From Gekko japonicus (lineage: Eukaryota): a DNA stretch of 64,000 bases. The stretch spans positions 38,050 through 102,049 of the forward strand of contig NW_015162578.1 of assembly GCF_001447785.1 (NCBI RefSeq), in the 5' to 3' direction. This document shows positions 36,897 to 50,028 of the stretch, piece after piece. A program made the translations under genes and the position numbers. Position 1 is the stretch's first letter. The number at the start of each line of letters is the position of its first letter. The notes under the pieces are model-generated. The model saw nothing but the letters and a program-made list of their open reading frames with translations, made no database searches and was not told the DNA's origin.

Positions 36897-37377
36897 TAGA
36901 GATGCCAGACCCCCCCCCACTAGGGGGGGGTCCCCTGCCCCGACTGCCAGGCTCCAGCTCTCTGCTACCAAACATCTGGCTGGCAGGGGAGGGAATTACC
37001 CTCCCCCCAAAGGTAGGAACACCTGACATTTCAGTGACATGCCTAGGCATTTTCAAAGTGACCCAGAAGTGACATAAGGCACATCAGGGATGTTGGAGCG
37101 ATGCTCTTGTTTTGGACAAAAACTCTATGGTTGAAGCTAATTCTATCAGAGCATCACCCCAACATCCCCGTTGTGCTTATGTCACTTCCCGGTGACATTG
37201 GAAGTTATATGGGTGCATTGTTGAAACATGGGATGAAGCTCCCTGCTCCCAATAAGCCCACCCCCCATCTCCCACTAGCTGCCCAGAAGGACGTGGCAAA
37301 CATGGGATGAATCTCCCCACACCCAGTAAGTCCACCCCCATCTCCCACCAGCTGCCCAGAGGGACCTGGCAACACTA
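36897..37377. mobile_element. hAT-type MITE
   Basis: Imperfect TIR tagagatgccag / ctggcaacacta; 8-bp TSD ttctgcaa/ttctgcag. Confidence 0.75.
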
Positions 37378-38204
37378 TTCTGCAGTGACTAGATCTGAAT
37401 TAAATACTATGAGCCTCGATTTACATCCTTGTAGGAACATCCGAACCCTATCTTTTTTCCCAGTTCAGATTCCAGATTTTCAGGGTTTATATTTAGTTCT
37501 CAGATAAGGATCCTGTCCCATGTCTATATCCAGCAATATTAGGATAGCAAACACTCATGATCGTCCAATTTTAGGTTTGGACACTGACTCAGCACCAGCC
37601 TAGATATGTGATTTTTTTTTGAGAAGTGATCAATCTGAAGACCCAGTTGGTTGCTTTTAATCAAGACAAGGATGTTAGAATTTCCAAAAATTCCAAATCG
37701 TACCAAGCAGTATCCCCACACACACATACACACACACACTCAACTGTGATACTGGTAGAAATATTTATGAGCTGCACGATATTCTAAAGTCGTCTTGACA
37801 GGTAAAAGCTCGTATGAAACAACACAGAGATGTGAACATGAAGCAACAGTACTGGAATTCAAATGATGTGGTTAATATTTCGGTTGGATTCAATGACTTA
37901 TTTTGCTAAGTGAGAAATCTTTCTCCAATGCAGTGGAATTCTCCTCATTTTGTGGAAATGTGTCATTGAATCCAACCCCTTTTTTAAAAAGCATCACATG
38001 AAAATGTGGTATATTAACAGAGATAAAACATAAATATCAAACAATGTTTTCAATAAACTGATATATTTTCCTGAAACTTAGAGTGTACTCAGCTTGAACA
38101 TAACTGGTGTACAATAAACTCATGAAACTCCAAATCATCTTGGAATGCACCACTTTTTGACATTTTTCTTGCTCCCTCCCCCATCCTGAAAAAGATACAT
38201 TTTA

Positions 38205-39320
38205 AAATATATATTTATTATATGAATTCCATACAAGAAGAACAGCACACTAGCCCATTGAAATACAGATAGACCAATCAAAACATCAAAACAGTCAGCC
38301 TTCACCAAAGAAAAGAAAATAGGAAGTCAAGCAAAAACTTGAAGAAAATCATATCTTTGTAAATTGGGTTGTTTGGAATGATATCCTGTTCAGACAAAAA
38401 TTGCATTAGTGAGAACCAGGTTGCCACAAAATTATTATAACCTTTTTCAGAGTATGGTTGCATCGTTCCAATTGTAACCTTTGCCATAACAAAATAAGAC
38501 CAAATATGACTAAACCGAGTATCAATGTTGGGTGGCAAGGGATTTTTCCAATAGGCAGCAACCATATTTCTTTCTGTAAAAAGTAAAATAAAGATTAGTT
38601 CATTATGCTCTTTATTTTCTACTGGGTTTTTTTTGGTATTCCATAAAAAAACTCAGGAAGGAAATTTAAGTTTTCACCTTAATCAAAAGAATATTTTGGT
38701 GAACCTGTTTCCAAAAAGATGCAATGACTGGGCAAGACCACCATATGTGGAGGAAATCACTCATCTGACATTTCCTGATGCAATGAGGGGAATTTTTCAA
38801 ATTTATTCTGTGAAGTCAAGTTAGTGTTTTTGATAAAGTTGTGGTCCTGTGAAATCCATCTATCTCCTGTCAATTATAGGTTCCGATTGTGTGCCCATGT
38901 GCATCCAGCAACATAGGCATGTAAAAGTCTTCACACTTGGCAATATCCATAAGTGAAAACATTCTGCCCCCACCTACCCATTCTTATTATGGCCTACCAG
39001 CCACAGAGAAGCAGAATAATCAACATTAATTAATTCATTATCTAATAGTGTATCTGTATGTATTGTTCAATCCAGTAGATCAAACAATGAGAAGGTTTAG
39101 AGGTTATCCGGGTAAATTATACACAAGTCCTTATCTCTGCCAGTATTTTCATAACAGAGGAAAGAAACATAGCTCCTTCTACAGTGATCCTTTAATCAAC
39201 ACCAGTCAACAAAAATGTAAGAGTCTTCTGCTCAAAACAAGTACCAGTAAATCCCAGTGAGCTTGCATATAAAATCTAAAATGAAGTAATACATGAAACA
39301 GTGATTTAATCAAATTATCA
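38205..39320 (-). mobile_element. L1/Tx1-like LINE fragment
   Basis: VAAYWKNPLPPNIDT...W...MAK...F.ATW C-terminal motif; upstream gives approximately PDFTGPQLYQK. Confidence 0.65.
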
Positions 39321-39334
39321 GACTGGGAAAAACT

Positions 39335-39335
<1 letters not shown>

Positions 39336-39376
<41 letters not shown>

Positions 39377-39430
39377 TGCACACGCATGCACACACACGCA
39401 TGCACACACGCAAACACACACACAGAGAGA
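39336..39430. repeat. (CT)n(CA)n compound microsatellite
   Basis: Directly visible. Confidence 0.9.
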
Positions 39431-40087
39431 TAACAGAGACATAAAAAAATTCAAGTCATTTGCTTTAGTTTTGACTGTGTTGTGAACATGTATCTATAGA
39501 TAAGTATCACAGCTACAGTAATTTGAATTCTTTTTTAAAAAAAAAACTTAAATGAGGAAAAGGTTATATCTGCTTTTTGATCTGAATATCTGAGTATTTC
39601 CCCAGACATGTTTGTCCAATACTGGGATAAATATCATAGGTGTAACTGGAAAAAAATGAAAAAGTAAAAATGCTGTGTATGAAATATAGACATTAATTCT
39701 TATTTTTATTGTATGAGAGATGTGCAGTGTTTGGGTGATGGGGACTTTTATTGCATAAGAGACTTCAGCTTCGATCCTAATAAAAATTTCCATGGACAGA
39801 AGGATCTCCATGTGAAGGGCAGGGCATCTCTGCCCCTATCCGTGTTGCAGTGACAAACTATCTCCTGAAATATTGCTGGGGGTGTGAAGGCAGGGACATG
39901 AGGTCAGCCATGGGAGTGGGGAGATTGGCTAAAATCACTTTTTTTCACACACAGAACTTTTTGGTTTCACACACACACACACACACACAATGCCTGTTGT
40001 TTTGAATATGCACATTTGTTCCTGTGAAGGTTCATGGAGTTTCTGTATGCATAGGTTGCATCACTAGCTGTGAATAAAGTATGATGT

Positions 40088-40135
40088 TAATCACTTCCCT
40101 TGCTATTCCCCTCCCCCCCCCCAGGGGTATAATCA
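40088..40135 (+). promoter_or_regulatory. Putative OR promoter of unit C: HD plus EBF-like sites
   Basis: TAATCA...CCCCAGGGGT-a-TAATCA, paralogous to 31159-31199. Confidence 0.5.
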
Positions 40136-41377
40136 GGTCCTTTAGTAAGTTCCTCAGAACTTATAGGATGATGCAGTGAAACTGGTGTGTATATGAGACT
40201 ATGACAGAAAAAGTGTTCTAATTTCAGTGAAGTTGTATTATTATTCTTATTTAAGATTGGGTTTAGATCTGAATTGATATTAGTAGTTTTCATGCTTTGA
40301 AATCTATAGCTGGAAAATGTTTTTAATAGTTTGATATTAAGCTGATGGTATGGTTTTGATTGGGAACCATTTCAACTCTGCAGTCATAATGAAGGACCCT
40401 AAAAATAATTGAGATCTGCTTTTTTTAAAATACGTTAAATAGTTGAGATCTGCAATTCCAGAGAACAGCATATAAAGAAATTCACTTGGACAATTCCAAA
40501 ACTTCTCAAGTAATTGTCTATCTGCACAATGGAAACAAGGTGAACATCAATAAGGTAATATGTTGATACAAAATGAAATCTGGAAGCACTTAGAGTATAG
40601 ACCCAGATTATTCATTTACCAACTGAAGTGTGTTAGCCATTTTAAAAGAGTCTAAGAGTTTCTAGAACATTTAGGTGAGGTTATGAAAAACACTATTTTA
40701 TGATCTACTAATTCACTTGTATTACATTTTATTCTCTGTTTTTTTCTTGTGATATCATTGGGTAACACTATATCAAAGTCAGACAAAGTCTGTTGGCAGC
40801 TTGAAATCTATTTCAAAATTTATCTCAGTAAGTTTTCATGGACTAGAGCTCACTGCTCCAGATGCAATAAGTGAATCTCCACTATTTATTTACTTAGTTC
40901 ATTTATATTCCACTGTTCTTCTTAATGCTGACCCAAAGTAGCTTACACCATTCTCCTCCCCTCCCATTTTATTCTCAAAACACCCCTGTGAAGTAAATCG
41001 GGCTGAGAGTATGTAGTTGGTCCAAGGTCACCCAGCAAACTCCCATGGCAGGGTGGGGATTAGAACTCTGGTCTCCTGCATCCTTGACCCACACTCTAAC
41101 CACAGTACAATGCATGTAGGATGCCTTGAAAAAATAAACAGCAAGATCAAGAAGCCACGAAATGTAGGAAGTACATGGTGAAATGTGTCTATATAAAGTC
41201 AAATCTAATCAAGAAAGTTACAAGAAGTATTCACTAGTTATCCTAAGCTAGTTAACACCTGTAATGGATGTGGGTAGGTCAGGATTTCTAGGCTGTGGTT
41301 AGCAGCCACCTTTGGTTTTAATGTTAGCAGCAGGGTTCCCTTGAGATTAAAAAGATTGTCTATTGATTTCTTACTAG

Positions 41378-42210
41378 GGTGATTTTTAAGGTGATGCACA
41401 TTGGGACAAAAAATCCCAAGTACAAATATAGGCTAATGAGGTCTGAACTTACTGAAACTGAGAGGAGAAAAGATATTGGAGGTTTAGTGGATAGTTCAAT
41501 GTTTATGTGCTGCAGCATTGAAAAAGGCAAAAAACAACAACACTATGTTAGGGTTTATTAGGAAAGGATTTTAACATAAAACATCTGATATTATAATGCC
41601 CCTGTATGATGTGACCTCATTTGGAATACTGTGTATAATTCTGGTCACTGTATAAAAAAAAAGTATATCACAGAGCTCCAAAAAGTACAGAAGTGGGCTA
41701 CCAAAAGAATTAGTTGGTTGGACCAACTTTTCTATGAGGAAAAGCTGAAAGATCTGGGACTTTTCAGTTTATAAAATAGACAACTAAGGGGGGAAATTAG
41801 AGGTTTATTAAAGTATACATGGGGTGGAGACAGTTGACAAAAAAAATCTCTCTCTTTCCCAAAAGACTCGAGTTAATCCAATGAATCTGATGAACAATAG
41901 ATTCAGGCCAGACAAAAGGAAATACCTTTTTACATAGAGAGTGATTAAAATGTGGGATCTGCTGCCAAAGGATGTAGTGATGGACAGAAGAATAAATAGC
42001 TTTAAGAGGGGATTAGATAGAATTCATGGATGCCACTAGCCATGGTGACTGAGGGGAACCTCCATGTTCAGAGGCACTAAAGCTCCGATCAAGAAGCAAT
42101 ATCAGAGGCTGTTCTTGGCCTCCCTGCCCTGTTCTTAGCTCTCCAGAGACAGTGGTTTGCCCCTGTGTGTGGCTAGATGGTCCACTGCTGTGATCCAGTA
42201 GGGCTCTTTT
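41378..42210 (+). mobile_element. CR1 LINE 3' fragment (paralogous copy)
   Basis: KVMHIGTKNPKYKYRLM..L.ETE..KDIG; same 5' truncation point as at 33875. Confidence 0.85.
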
Positions 42211-42951
42211 TAGGTTTTTAGGTTTTTAACACATGTTTCACACACAAATGTTTGCATAATGAGGATACACTGGTGGCATCTAAAGAAGTGAGCTCTAGTC
42301 CTTGAAAGTGTATGGCAAAATAAAATTATGCTAGTGTTTATGAAGAAATTAGTTTTCTGTTTCTTTTTCTGGCAATAGCTAAATGGTGAAACATGTAGCC
42401 ATTCCCACACCAAACAACAAAGGGGATTGGATGCAGCCAGCTTTCACACTCCATCTTACCCAATAACTCTCCTTACTATAGCCCCAATCCCATATACTTT
42501 TTGTCTATGCTTATCCTGTGTTCACCAGCATAGTCTGTTTGTGCACTAAAAGGGGATCCCTACTTCCTTTTTCATGAGCAGAAAAGCTGGCAAGTAAATA
42601 ATGGGTAAAAGAACAGTGAAATTATAAAATATATTAGCATCTAAAATTATAAATAGGAATCTAAAAGGTTTAAAATACAGAAATGGTAAAAATTAATATT
42701 ACAATCAAAGATTAAAAATAAATATATCTATACTTCTTTATCTCAACTGGGGTTGTACTGTATTTTTGAGACTCTGGTTGCACGTCTAGCATTCATTACT
42801 GCTTGATTATATATTAGAAGAAGTACAGTTCCTTACATATTTGCCTGATCTTAATGAATGCCCACAGCTATAGCTTACAACTGGGTGAAGAAGTCATTTA
42901 CCCCAGGCTGAAGAAAACATATTTAAGATTGCAAGTTTTGATAGCTTTCCT

Positions 42952-43036
42952 GTTGTTGTTCAGTCACACAGTCGAGTCCGACTCTTCGCGACCCCATGGA
43001 CCAGATCACGCCAGGCCTTCCTGTCTTCCGCCGTCC
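42952..43036 (-). mobile_element. BovB/Sauria tail insertion with 7-bp TSD
   Basis: Flanked by ctttcct on both sides; absent at the paralogous position 35640. Confidence 0.8.
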
Positions 43037-43096
43037 TCTTTCCTACTTGCCCTTTAATAACTTTTCATTTCCCCCATAGATTCCAGATGCCACAAA

Positions 43097-44053
43097 ATGG
43101 AAATGGGAAACATGACCTCTATCACTGAAATCCTTTTGCTTGGGTTTGTATATGACCCTGCTTTGGAGATTGTCCTTTTTCTGGTTTTCCTTCTTGTGTA
43201 TATAGTGACAGTGCTTGGAAATGCTCTCATCATTCTACTCATCACCATTGATTCTCGCCTCCACTCCCCCATGTATTTCTTCCTCAGCAATTTGTCCTTC
43301 ATTGAGATATTCATGACAACCTGTGTAGTGCCGAAAATGCTGGCCAATTTCTTGACTAAGAGGAAAACCATTTCGTTGGGTGGCTGTTTTGCTCAGTCAT
43401 ACTTCTATTTCTTCATGGGTTCCACTGAGTTCATTCTATTTGCTGCTATGTCCTTCGACCGTTACATGGCCATCTGTTACCCACTTAGGTACCCTACCCT
43501 CATGACCGGGACTGTTTGTGTCAAGATGGTGATTGGCTCTTGGATTTGTGGATTCCTGTTTGTTTTCTTATCGACAGTGCTGAAGGTGAGGTTGCCTTAT
43601 TGTGGACCTAATGTCATCAACCACTACTTCTGTGACAGTGCCCCTTTGCTACATCTTGCCTGTACGGACATAAGCCTTATTGAACTTATTGACTTTGTTA
43701 GTTCTTTAATCCTGTTGCTTGGTTCCCTTTCATTCACTGCTACTTCTTATGTTTACATAATTTCAACCATTCTCAAGATTCCTTCTGCTCAGGGTAGGAA
43801 GAAGGCCTTTGCCACTTGTGCCTCTCACTTCACTGTTGTCTCCATGGGCTATGGAATCTCCATTTTTGTGTATGTCAGGCCATCCCAGACTGACATCATG
43901 AGCATGAACAAGGCATTAGCCATTTTCTCTGGCATCTTGACACCCTTATTAAACCCTTTCATCTTCAGTCTCAGAAATGAACAGATGAAAGAGGCATTGA
44001 GAGATGTTCTAAAGGGAATAGCTTCAGAAAATAAAAGATGGCTGATTTCCTAA
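43097..44053 (+). CDS. Olfactory receptor, family 6-like (unit C), 318 aa, intact
   Basis: All canonical OR motifs; close paralogue of 35699-36646. Confidence 0.97.
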   Translation: MEMGNMTSITEILLLGFVYDPALEIVLFLVFLLVYIVTVLGNALIILLITIDSRLHSPMYFFLSNLSFIEIFMTTCVVPKMLANFLTKRKTISLGGCFAQSYFYFFMGSTEFILFAAMSFDRYMAICYPLRYPTLMTGTVCVKMVIGSWICGFLFVFLSTVLKVRLPYCGPNVINHYFCDSAPLLHLACTDISLIELIDFVSSLILLLGSLSFTATSYVYIISTILKIPSAQGRKKAFATCASHFTVVSMGYGISIFVYVRPSQTDIMSMNKALAIFSGILTPLLNPFIFSLRNEQMKEALRDVLKGIASENKRWLIS

Positions 44054-45207
44054 ATATGCTCTCAGTCTACACTACTTAGTGATCCTCACAGTGACAACAC
44101 TGTGGTTTGGAATACATACCTAAACAACCTTCCTGGGATTTAAGGGCTTGATCTGGAAACTTCATAGTGTAAGATTGGAAGCTAGATAAATGAGCTGTTT
44201 GGTAATTTCTATTCCCAATGAACAACTTCAGTCACAAATAGAGCAATGTGCAATTTCTGTTCTTTTACATGGTGAGAACCATGAGTTTTCTGGGAGCCTA
44301 GCCTTACATCCTTGCTGTATCACCAGAACCCTGTCTTTTAAAAAAAAGTTGATTCAGATTCCAGATTTCCCAGGTTCATATTCAGTTCTCAGATAAGGAT
44401 CCTGCCCCATGTCTATATCCAGCAATATTAGGATAGCAAACACACATTCTGGGCTAATTTCATGTTTGGACTCTGACTCAGCACCAGCCTAGTTACGTGA
44501 TATTTTTGGAGAAGTTATGAGACTGAGGATCCAGTTGGTTGCTCTTATTATGACAAGGGTTTCAGAATTTCCAAGGATTCCAAATTTCCAAGGATTCCAA
44601 ATTCCAAGGAATCCTCCCCGAATTCAACAGTAATATTCGTAGAAATATTTATGACCTGCATGATCGTCTAAAGTTGTCTTGGTAGGTAAAAAATGTGTGT
44701 GAACAACCAGTGAGATACCAACATAATTAAATAATACTCAAATGCAAATGATGTGTTTAATATTTGGGGTGGATTCAATAATTTATTTTTGCTAAGTGAG
44801 AAATCATCCTCCAGTGCAGTGGAATTCTCTTTATTTTGTGGAAATGTGTTATTGAAACAACCCTTTCTTTTTAAAGCATTGCATGAAAACATGGGATGTT
44901 AACTGAGATAAGACATAAATATCATACAATGTTTTCAATAAACTGATCTATTTTTCTGGAATTTAGGAGTGTACTCAACTTGAACATAACTGGTATAGAA
45001 CAAAGTCATGAAACTCCAAGTCATATTGCAATACATCACTTTTGACTTTTCCCCATCCTGAAAAAGATACTTTTTTTTAAATAAGGCACCATTACATTTG
45101 CATTCTTCCATCTCTCCCAAGAATTCAGTTCTGAGATGAGAGGTAAAGGTCACATGTGAAATCAGATTCTTTGATATCAGAAATAAAGCTAGTTCACAAC
45201 TAGTTAG

Positions 45208-45612
45208 GAAGGACTGTGGCTCAGTGGTAGAATATCTGTTTAGAATGCAGAAGGTCTCAAATTCAATCCCCAGCATCTTTATTTAAAGGATCTGGCACTA
45301 GGTGATGTGAGATTTGGAGTGTCACTCCTAGTCTTCATAGACAGTCCTGACTCTGATGAACTGATGGACTGATTTAGTATATGGCAGGTCTCTGTGTCCT
45401 TTCCCTTTGGGGAGGGACTTTGGCTCAGTGGTACAGGAGCTGCTTGGCATGCAGAAGGTTCCAGGTTCAATCCCTGGCATCTCCAGTTACAGACCAGGTA
45501 GTAGGTGATGTGAAAGACCTAAGTCTAAGATCCTGGACAGCCACTGCCAGTCTGAGCAAACAATACTGATCTTGATGGACAAAGGATATGATTCAGCATA
45601 AGGCAGCTTCAC
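45208..45612 (+). mobile_element. Two tandem tRNA-derived SINEs
   Basis: Each has tggctcagtggta (A box), ttcaatccc (B box) and a gtgatgtga...tgatggac body. Confidence 0.75.
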
Positions 45613-46674
45613 CTTTTCAAGGTGTTCTCCTGGTTTAATTGGGGAATACATTTCTGGGTCTACCTGTCTCTCTTCCAGTTCTGTTGAAATTCTCAGAGAC
45701 TGCACTCTTAGAAAAAGACAGGGGCCCTATTTACACATTACAATAAACACATACAAACCCTGTCATGTACATATGTACCTGCTTTCAATTTACAGATAAA
45801 ATCACAGGACCAGTACCTGGATAATGATGGGGCTTAAATCACATGTTTCTTAGTGCCGATTTCAAAAAGTGGGTGGGTGGGGTCTGGAGATAAACTGAAC
45901 CAAGATGTTCTGTTCCCCTTCATTTTGGGTACTGCAACTCTCATTATTACTGTGAAGCTGGTGGAAATTTTGAATGTACATTCAGTTCACTTTTTAATGG
46001 AAACTAGGGACCAGTACTGGGATAAACACTGAGTTTGCATCACATATTGAGCAGTACCTGCACTAAAGATAACATGAGAAGTACTCAATGCATTTTTTAA
46101 AAAAGCCAGGTGTGCATTGTACACAAATAGTGTGTGTGTATGTGTGTTCATTGTGTGTATTTGTGAATATGGATACCATCGGAGTAGAATAAATGGTCTT
46201 CATGATCAAGTATCCCAAATTCCCATTCATAATCTTTAAAAATTCCTTTCACCCATTGGGGTGACCATCACTCAGCTGCAGCTTGACAGCACTTTCCACC
46301 AGCAAGCAGAGTTTCTCCAGACTACACCTTTTAGTTCCAATTGTAACTCTGCATAGATCTGCACTGTGTCTTGTCTGGGCCTTCCTGACTCTGATTCCTT
46401 AAGTGTCTGAGCCACAATAATCCACCTGTTGCTTATTCTGTAAGTTACATGCCCCGTAACTCTTATCAATATTTGACAAAAATGGCTGGTGTTTCTGATC
46501 GCCTTTAGCATTTGAATGATCTCAGAATGTGTGTGCATAATTTTTCCAAGTTGGGAACCATTCCGGAACCTCAGAATCTTATTTGCCTATCAACATTTTG
46601 GAATCATCACTATATTGATCTTGGAAATCTGTCCCTTTTTCTGTTTGGGTATTTTTGGTTGGTTGTAGAACGTT

Positions 46675-47205
46675 ATTTATTTATTTAGATTTTTAGGCCA
46701 CCTTTCCTTGCAAGCAAGGCTCAGGGTGGCTTACAATAGAAAGGACATACAATAAGTAATCAAACATTTTTAAAAAACAATAAAAACACAATACATACAG
46801 CACTAATCATTCATCAGTATAATGTAGTCGTTGCAAGAAGGTGGAAAAAATATCAAATTTCAAAAGCTTCTGGGGGGGCTGTAGAGAAGACCTCTGCTTG
46901 CCCATATGCAAGCACAGGCTTTTGCCTGCCTGCCCCCCCCCCAAATCCTCAAATGGAATCACGAGGGTGAGCAAGCCTATGAGGGCACAGCATGGGAGAG
47001 CTAGCCTATCAGGAATGACTGACTAGCCAGGTCTGGTGGCGGTAGCCATTTCCCAGCCATTCCACCCTGGGGGGGATGGTTGTGGAGAATGGAGGGTATG
47101 AGAGTGCCTAACTACACGCTGTACTGTCGCTGTCCTCAGCTGAATGCCTGGCGGAACATCTCTGCCTTACACACCCTGCAGAAAGGTAGTTTCTGTAAAA
47201 CCCTT
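46675..47205 (-). mobile_element. L2 LINE 3' end
   Basis: (ttta)n tail with ctcagggtggcttaca, and gcctggcggaacatctctgccttaca, mirroring the 10560 region. Confidence 0.6.
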
Positions 47206-47725
47206 CCCCCTGGAGTATGGGTATTGGCTTTTGGTAAGGCTATATCCTGACTCAAAGCAGGCTTGTGAAAGGTAATGATCTGGAATATATAGTATATATT
47301 GGATTTTAAAACTGTAATGCTGATTTTAATGTTAGAAGCCACCCTGAGCCCTGCTTGGCAAAGAGAAGGGGTGCGATATAAGTTGAAATATATATATGTA
47401 CGCACGCACGCACACATACACACAAACAAACACAAATAAATAGTACAAAGAAAATACAGAAAGTAAAAAAATGGGTTACCTAGGATAACTGTATATATTA
47501 TAGGTGTGTATTATATAAACAAGTATAAAAGACAGAAAGTATTCTCCCCAATGCCCCCTTCATTATATTGAAAAGGTCTTAGAGCTTTGTCTAATAATGT
47601 ACAATGAGATTTACTTCTGATGGGGTATAGCTGTATTCATCATGTTACACTTCAGATTTCATAACTAGTCTGTTTTGCAGCTACATTATTAGTTTCATCA
47701 TTGCTGCATATTCAGTATTACATGT

Positions 47726-48004
47726 TATTGTGTAGTGGGTTTTAACTGCATGGCTAGGCCACTGCGGTCCGCATAGCATCCTGCACGCTTCACTGCTACA
47801 CAACAAGGACAAAGGGAAATGGCCCGTGGGCCAACTGTGTACACAACTGGGGACACCCCTTAGGTCCCATTGGTGGGTTTGAATCTCTTGCCAACATCCC
47901 ATTAGTCCCTCCTTGGAGAGACCAGGAGCCTAGTCCCCATTGTTCTTCCAGAGTCAAGCTCTAAGGTATTCGCTGGCCCCTGGTGGCGGCCAGCGGACAC
48001 AACA
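47726..48004 (-). repeat. 3' LTR
   Basis: About 17 substitutions and 1 indel versus 52175-52452 by manual count. Confidence 0.93.
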
Positions 48005-48032
48005 TCCCTCCCCCCATAGTTCAGACTGCCCC

Positions 48033-49020
48033 CTAGGTCACATAGTCCTTGAGGTATGATGGGGACAACCGCACTCTGGAAGACCGTCTGGGGGCTGGTA
48101 CTGGAGTCCCGGGGGCCCCGTCTCCTATGTTGGGAGGCGTCTGCTGTGCCGGCCCCTCTGGCTCCGAAGCGCCCGTCGTTGGGGTCTCTTCTACAGCTGC
48201 CGGGGGAACCGTGGCTGGGTCTGGGCTGCCTTCCTTGATGGTGTCTGATGCGGGGGCTTCTGGTAAGCTCCTCTTGGGGGCTGCCCGTTGCTCCGGTTCT
48301 TCCTCATCCGGGTGTTCTGGGAGCATGTGTCTACGGAGCTGGTCGATGTGCCGCCGCAGGACCTGCCCGCATTCCGTTGACACTTCGTACATCACGGTGC
48401 CCGTGGGACAGATGATGCGGCCAGCGAGCCAGGCCGGTCCTCTTCCGAAATTCCTCATGTAGACTGGGTCCTCTGGGAAGAACCCGTGTGGTACTTCTCT
48501 CTGCTCCTGGGTGTTCCATGGCTCTGGCGCCCAGTCCGGCCCATTAGAAGCTCGGCTGGGCAGCGGCCACTTACTGGGTTGGGCATAGTCCGTTGCGCCA
48601 AGAGGAAACAGGCAATGCGACGTTCCCAGTCCCCCTCTGTCAGGCGGCTCAGCGCTTCCTTAGCCATCCGGACCATGCGTTCCGCCTGTCCGTTTGTCGC
48701 TGGGTGGAATGGCGCCGACCTGATGTGTTTGATCAGGTTGCTGCTGAGGAACTGCTGGAACTCCTCAGATGGGAACGCCGTCCCGTTGTCCGAAACGATG
48801 GTGTCCGTAAGGCCATGGGTGGCAAAAATCTTCCTGAGGGCACGTATGGTCGCTTTAGTGGATGTTGTAGAGACGGGGCTTATCTCCAACCACTTCGAGT
48901 AGGAATCCACCATTACCAGGAATAACAGTCCATGAAATGGCCCAGCGAAGTCTATGTGTAGCCAGGACCATGCGGTTCGGGTGGATTCCCACAACTGAAC
49001 CGGCACCCCCGGTGGGCTGG
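48033..49020 (-). pseudogene. Gypsy integrase core and C-terminus
   Basis: HIDFAGP, VDSYSKW, VSDNG, HPATNGQAER; split across frames with an apparent internal deletion. Confidence 0.88.
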
Positions 49021-49021
49021 G

Positions 49022-49930
49022 TCAGACGGCCTGGCAGGCCTGGCAACGTTTCACCCAAGCCTCTACTTCCGCGTCGATGCCCCGCCACCAGACGTAGCTC
49101 CGGGCGAGGGCTTTCATCCTTACAATGCCCGGATGCGCTTCATGCAGGGCCTTGAGAACCTTTTTCCGGAGGACGCTGGGGACCACGACCCTGTCACCCC
49201 ACAGCAGGCAGCCTTTGTGTGTCGAAAACTCCTCCCGGCGGGCCATGAACGCTGTGAACTTGGGGCCTTCGGGCTTCCCCGGCCACCCCCTCACCACCCA
49301 GCCCAGCACCCGGGATATAACGGGGTCCCTTGCCGAGCGGCGAGCAATGTCTGCAGTTTGCAGCGGGGCCTCCAGCAGGCCTTCCATCTGAAGGATGAGG
49401 TGGGCTGGGGCTGGGTCTTCCACCACATCCGGAAGGGGAAGACGGCTAAGAGCGTATGCGTGGCCCGTGGCTTTCCTGGGGCGGTGTTCTAGCGTGTAGT
49501 CGTAGGCCACTAAGAAGATGGACCAGCGCAAGACCCTTGGAGAAATGACCTGAAACGTTCTGCGATCGGGCGCAAAAATTCCGAGTAGCGGTCGGTGGTC
49601 CGTGGCGATTGTGAAAGGCCGGCCGTAGACGATGTCGTGGAACTTCTTGACCCCTGCAACAATGGCAAGGCCCTCGCGGTCTATCTGGGTGTAGTTCCGC
49701 TCGGCCGCAGATAGGGTGCACGAGTAATAAGCCACAGGGACCTCCCGACTGTCCGGAAGATGATGCACCAGCACTGCCCCAACGCCATAAGGAGAGGTGT
49801 CGCATGCCAAAACCACTGGCAGAGCCTCATTAAAATGGGCCAGGACCGAGTTTGAAATCAATAGTTCCTTGACATTATGGAACGCGGCAGCCTGGCGTGG
49901 GGCCCAAACCCAGGGGGCCTGCTTGTCCAA
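49022..49930 (-). pseudogene. Gypsy RNase H plus integrase Zn-binding region
   Basis: LACDTSPYGVGAVL, ERNYTQIDRE, TDHRPL, LHEAHPG...RSYVWW...CQACQ. Confidence 0.9.
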
Positions 49931-50028
49931 AAGGCGATGTAGAGGTTATGCTACCGCCACCTTGTGGGGCCAAAAAAGCGTGGTAGAAATTGAGAATCCC
50001 TAAGAACACCTGTAGCTCAGCTTTGGAC

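Noticed and set aside
45208-45490. tRNA genes (also at 1864 and 20721)
   Set aside because: A/B boxes are present but there are no proper acceptor stems; they continue into SINE or TE bodies.
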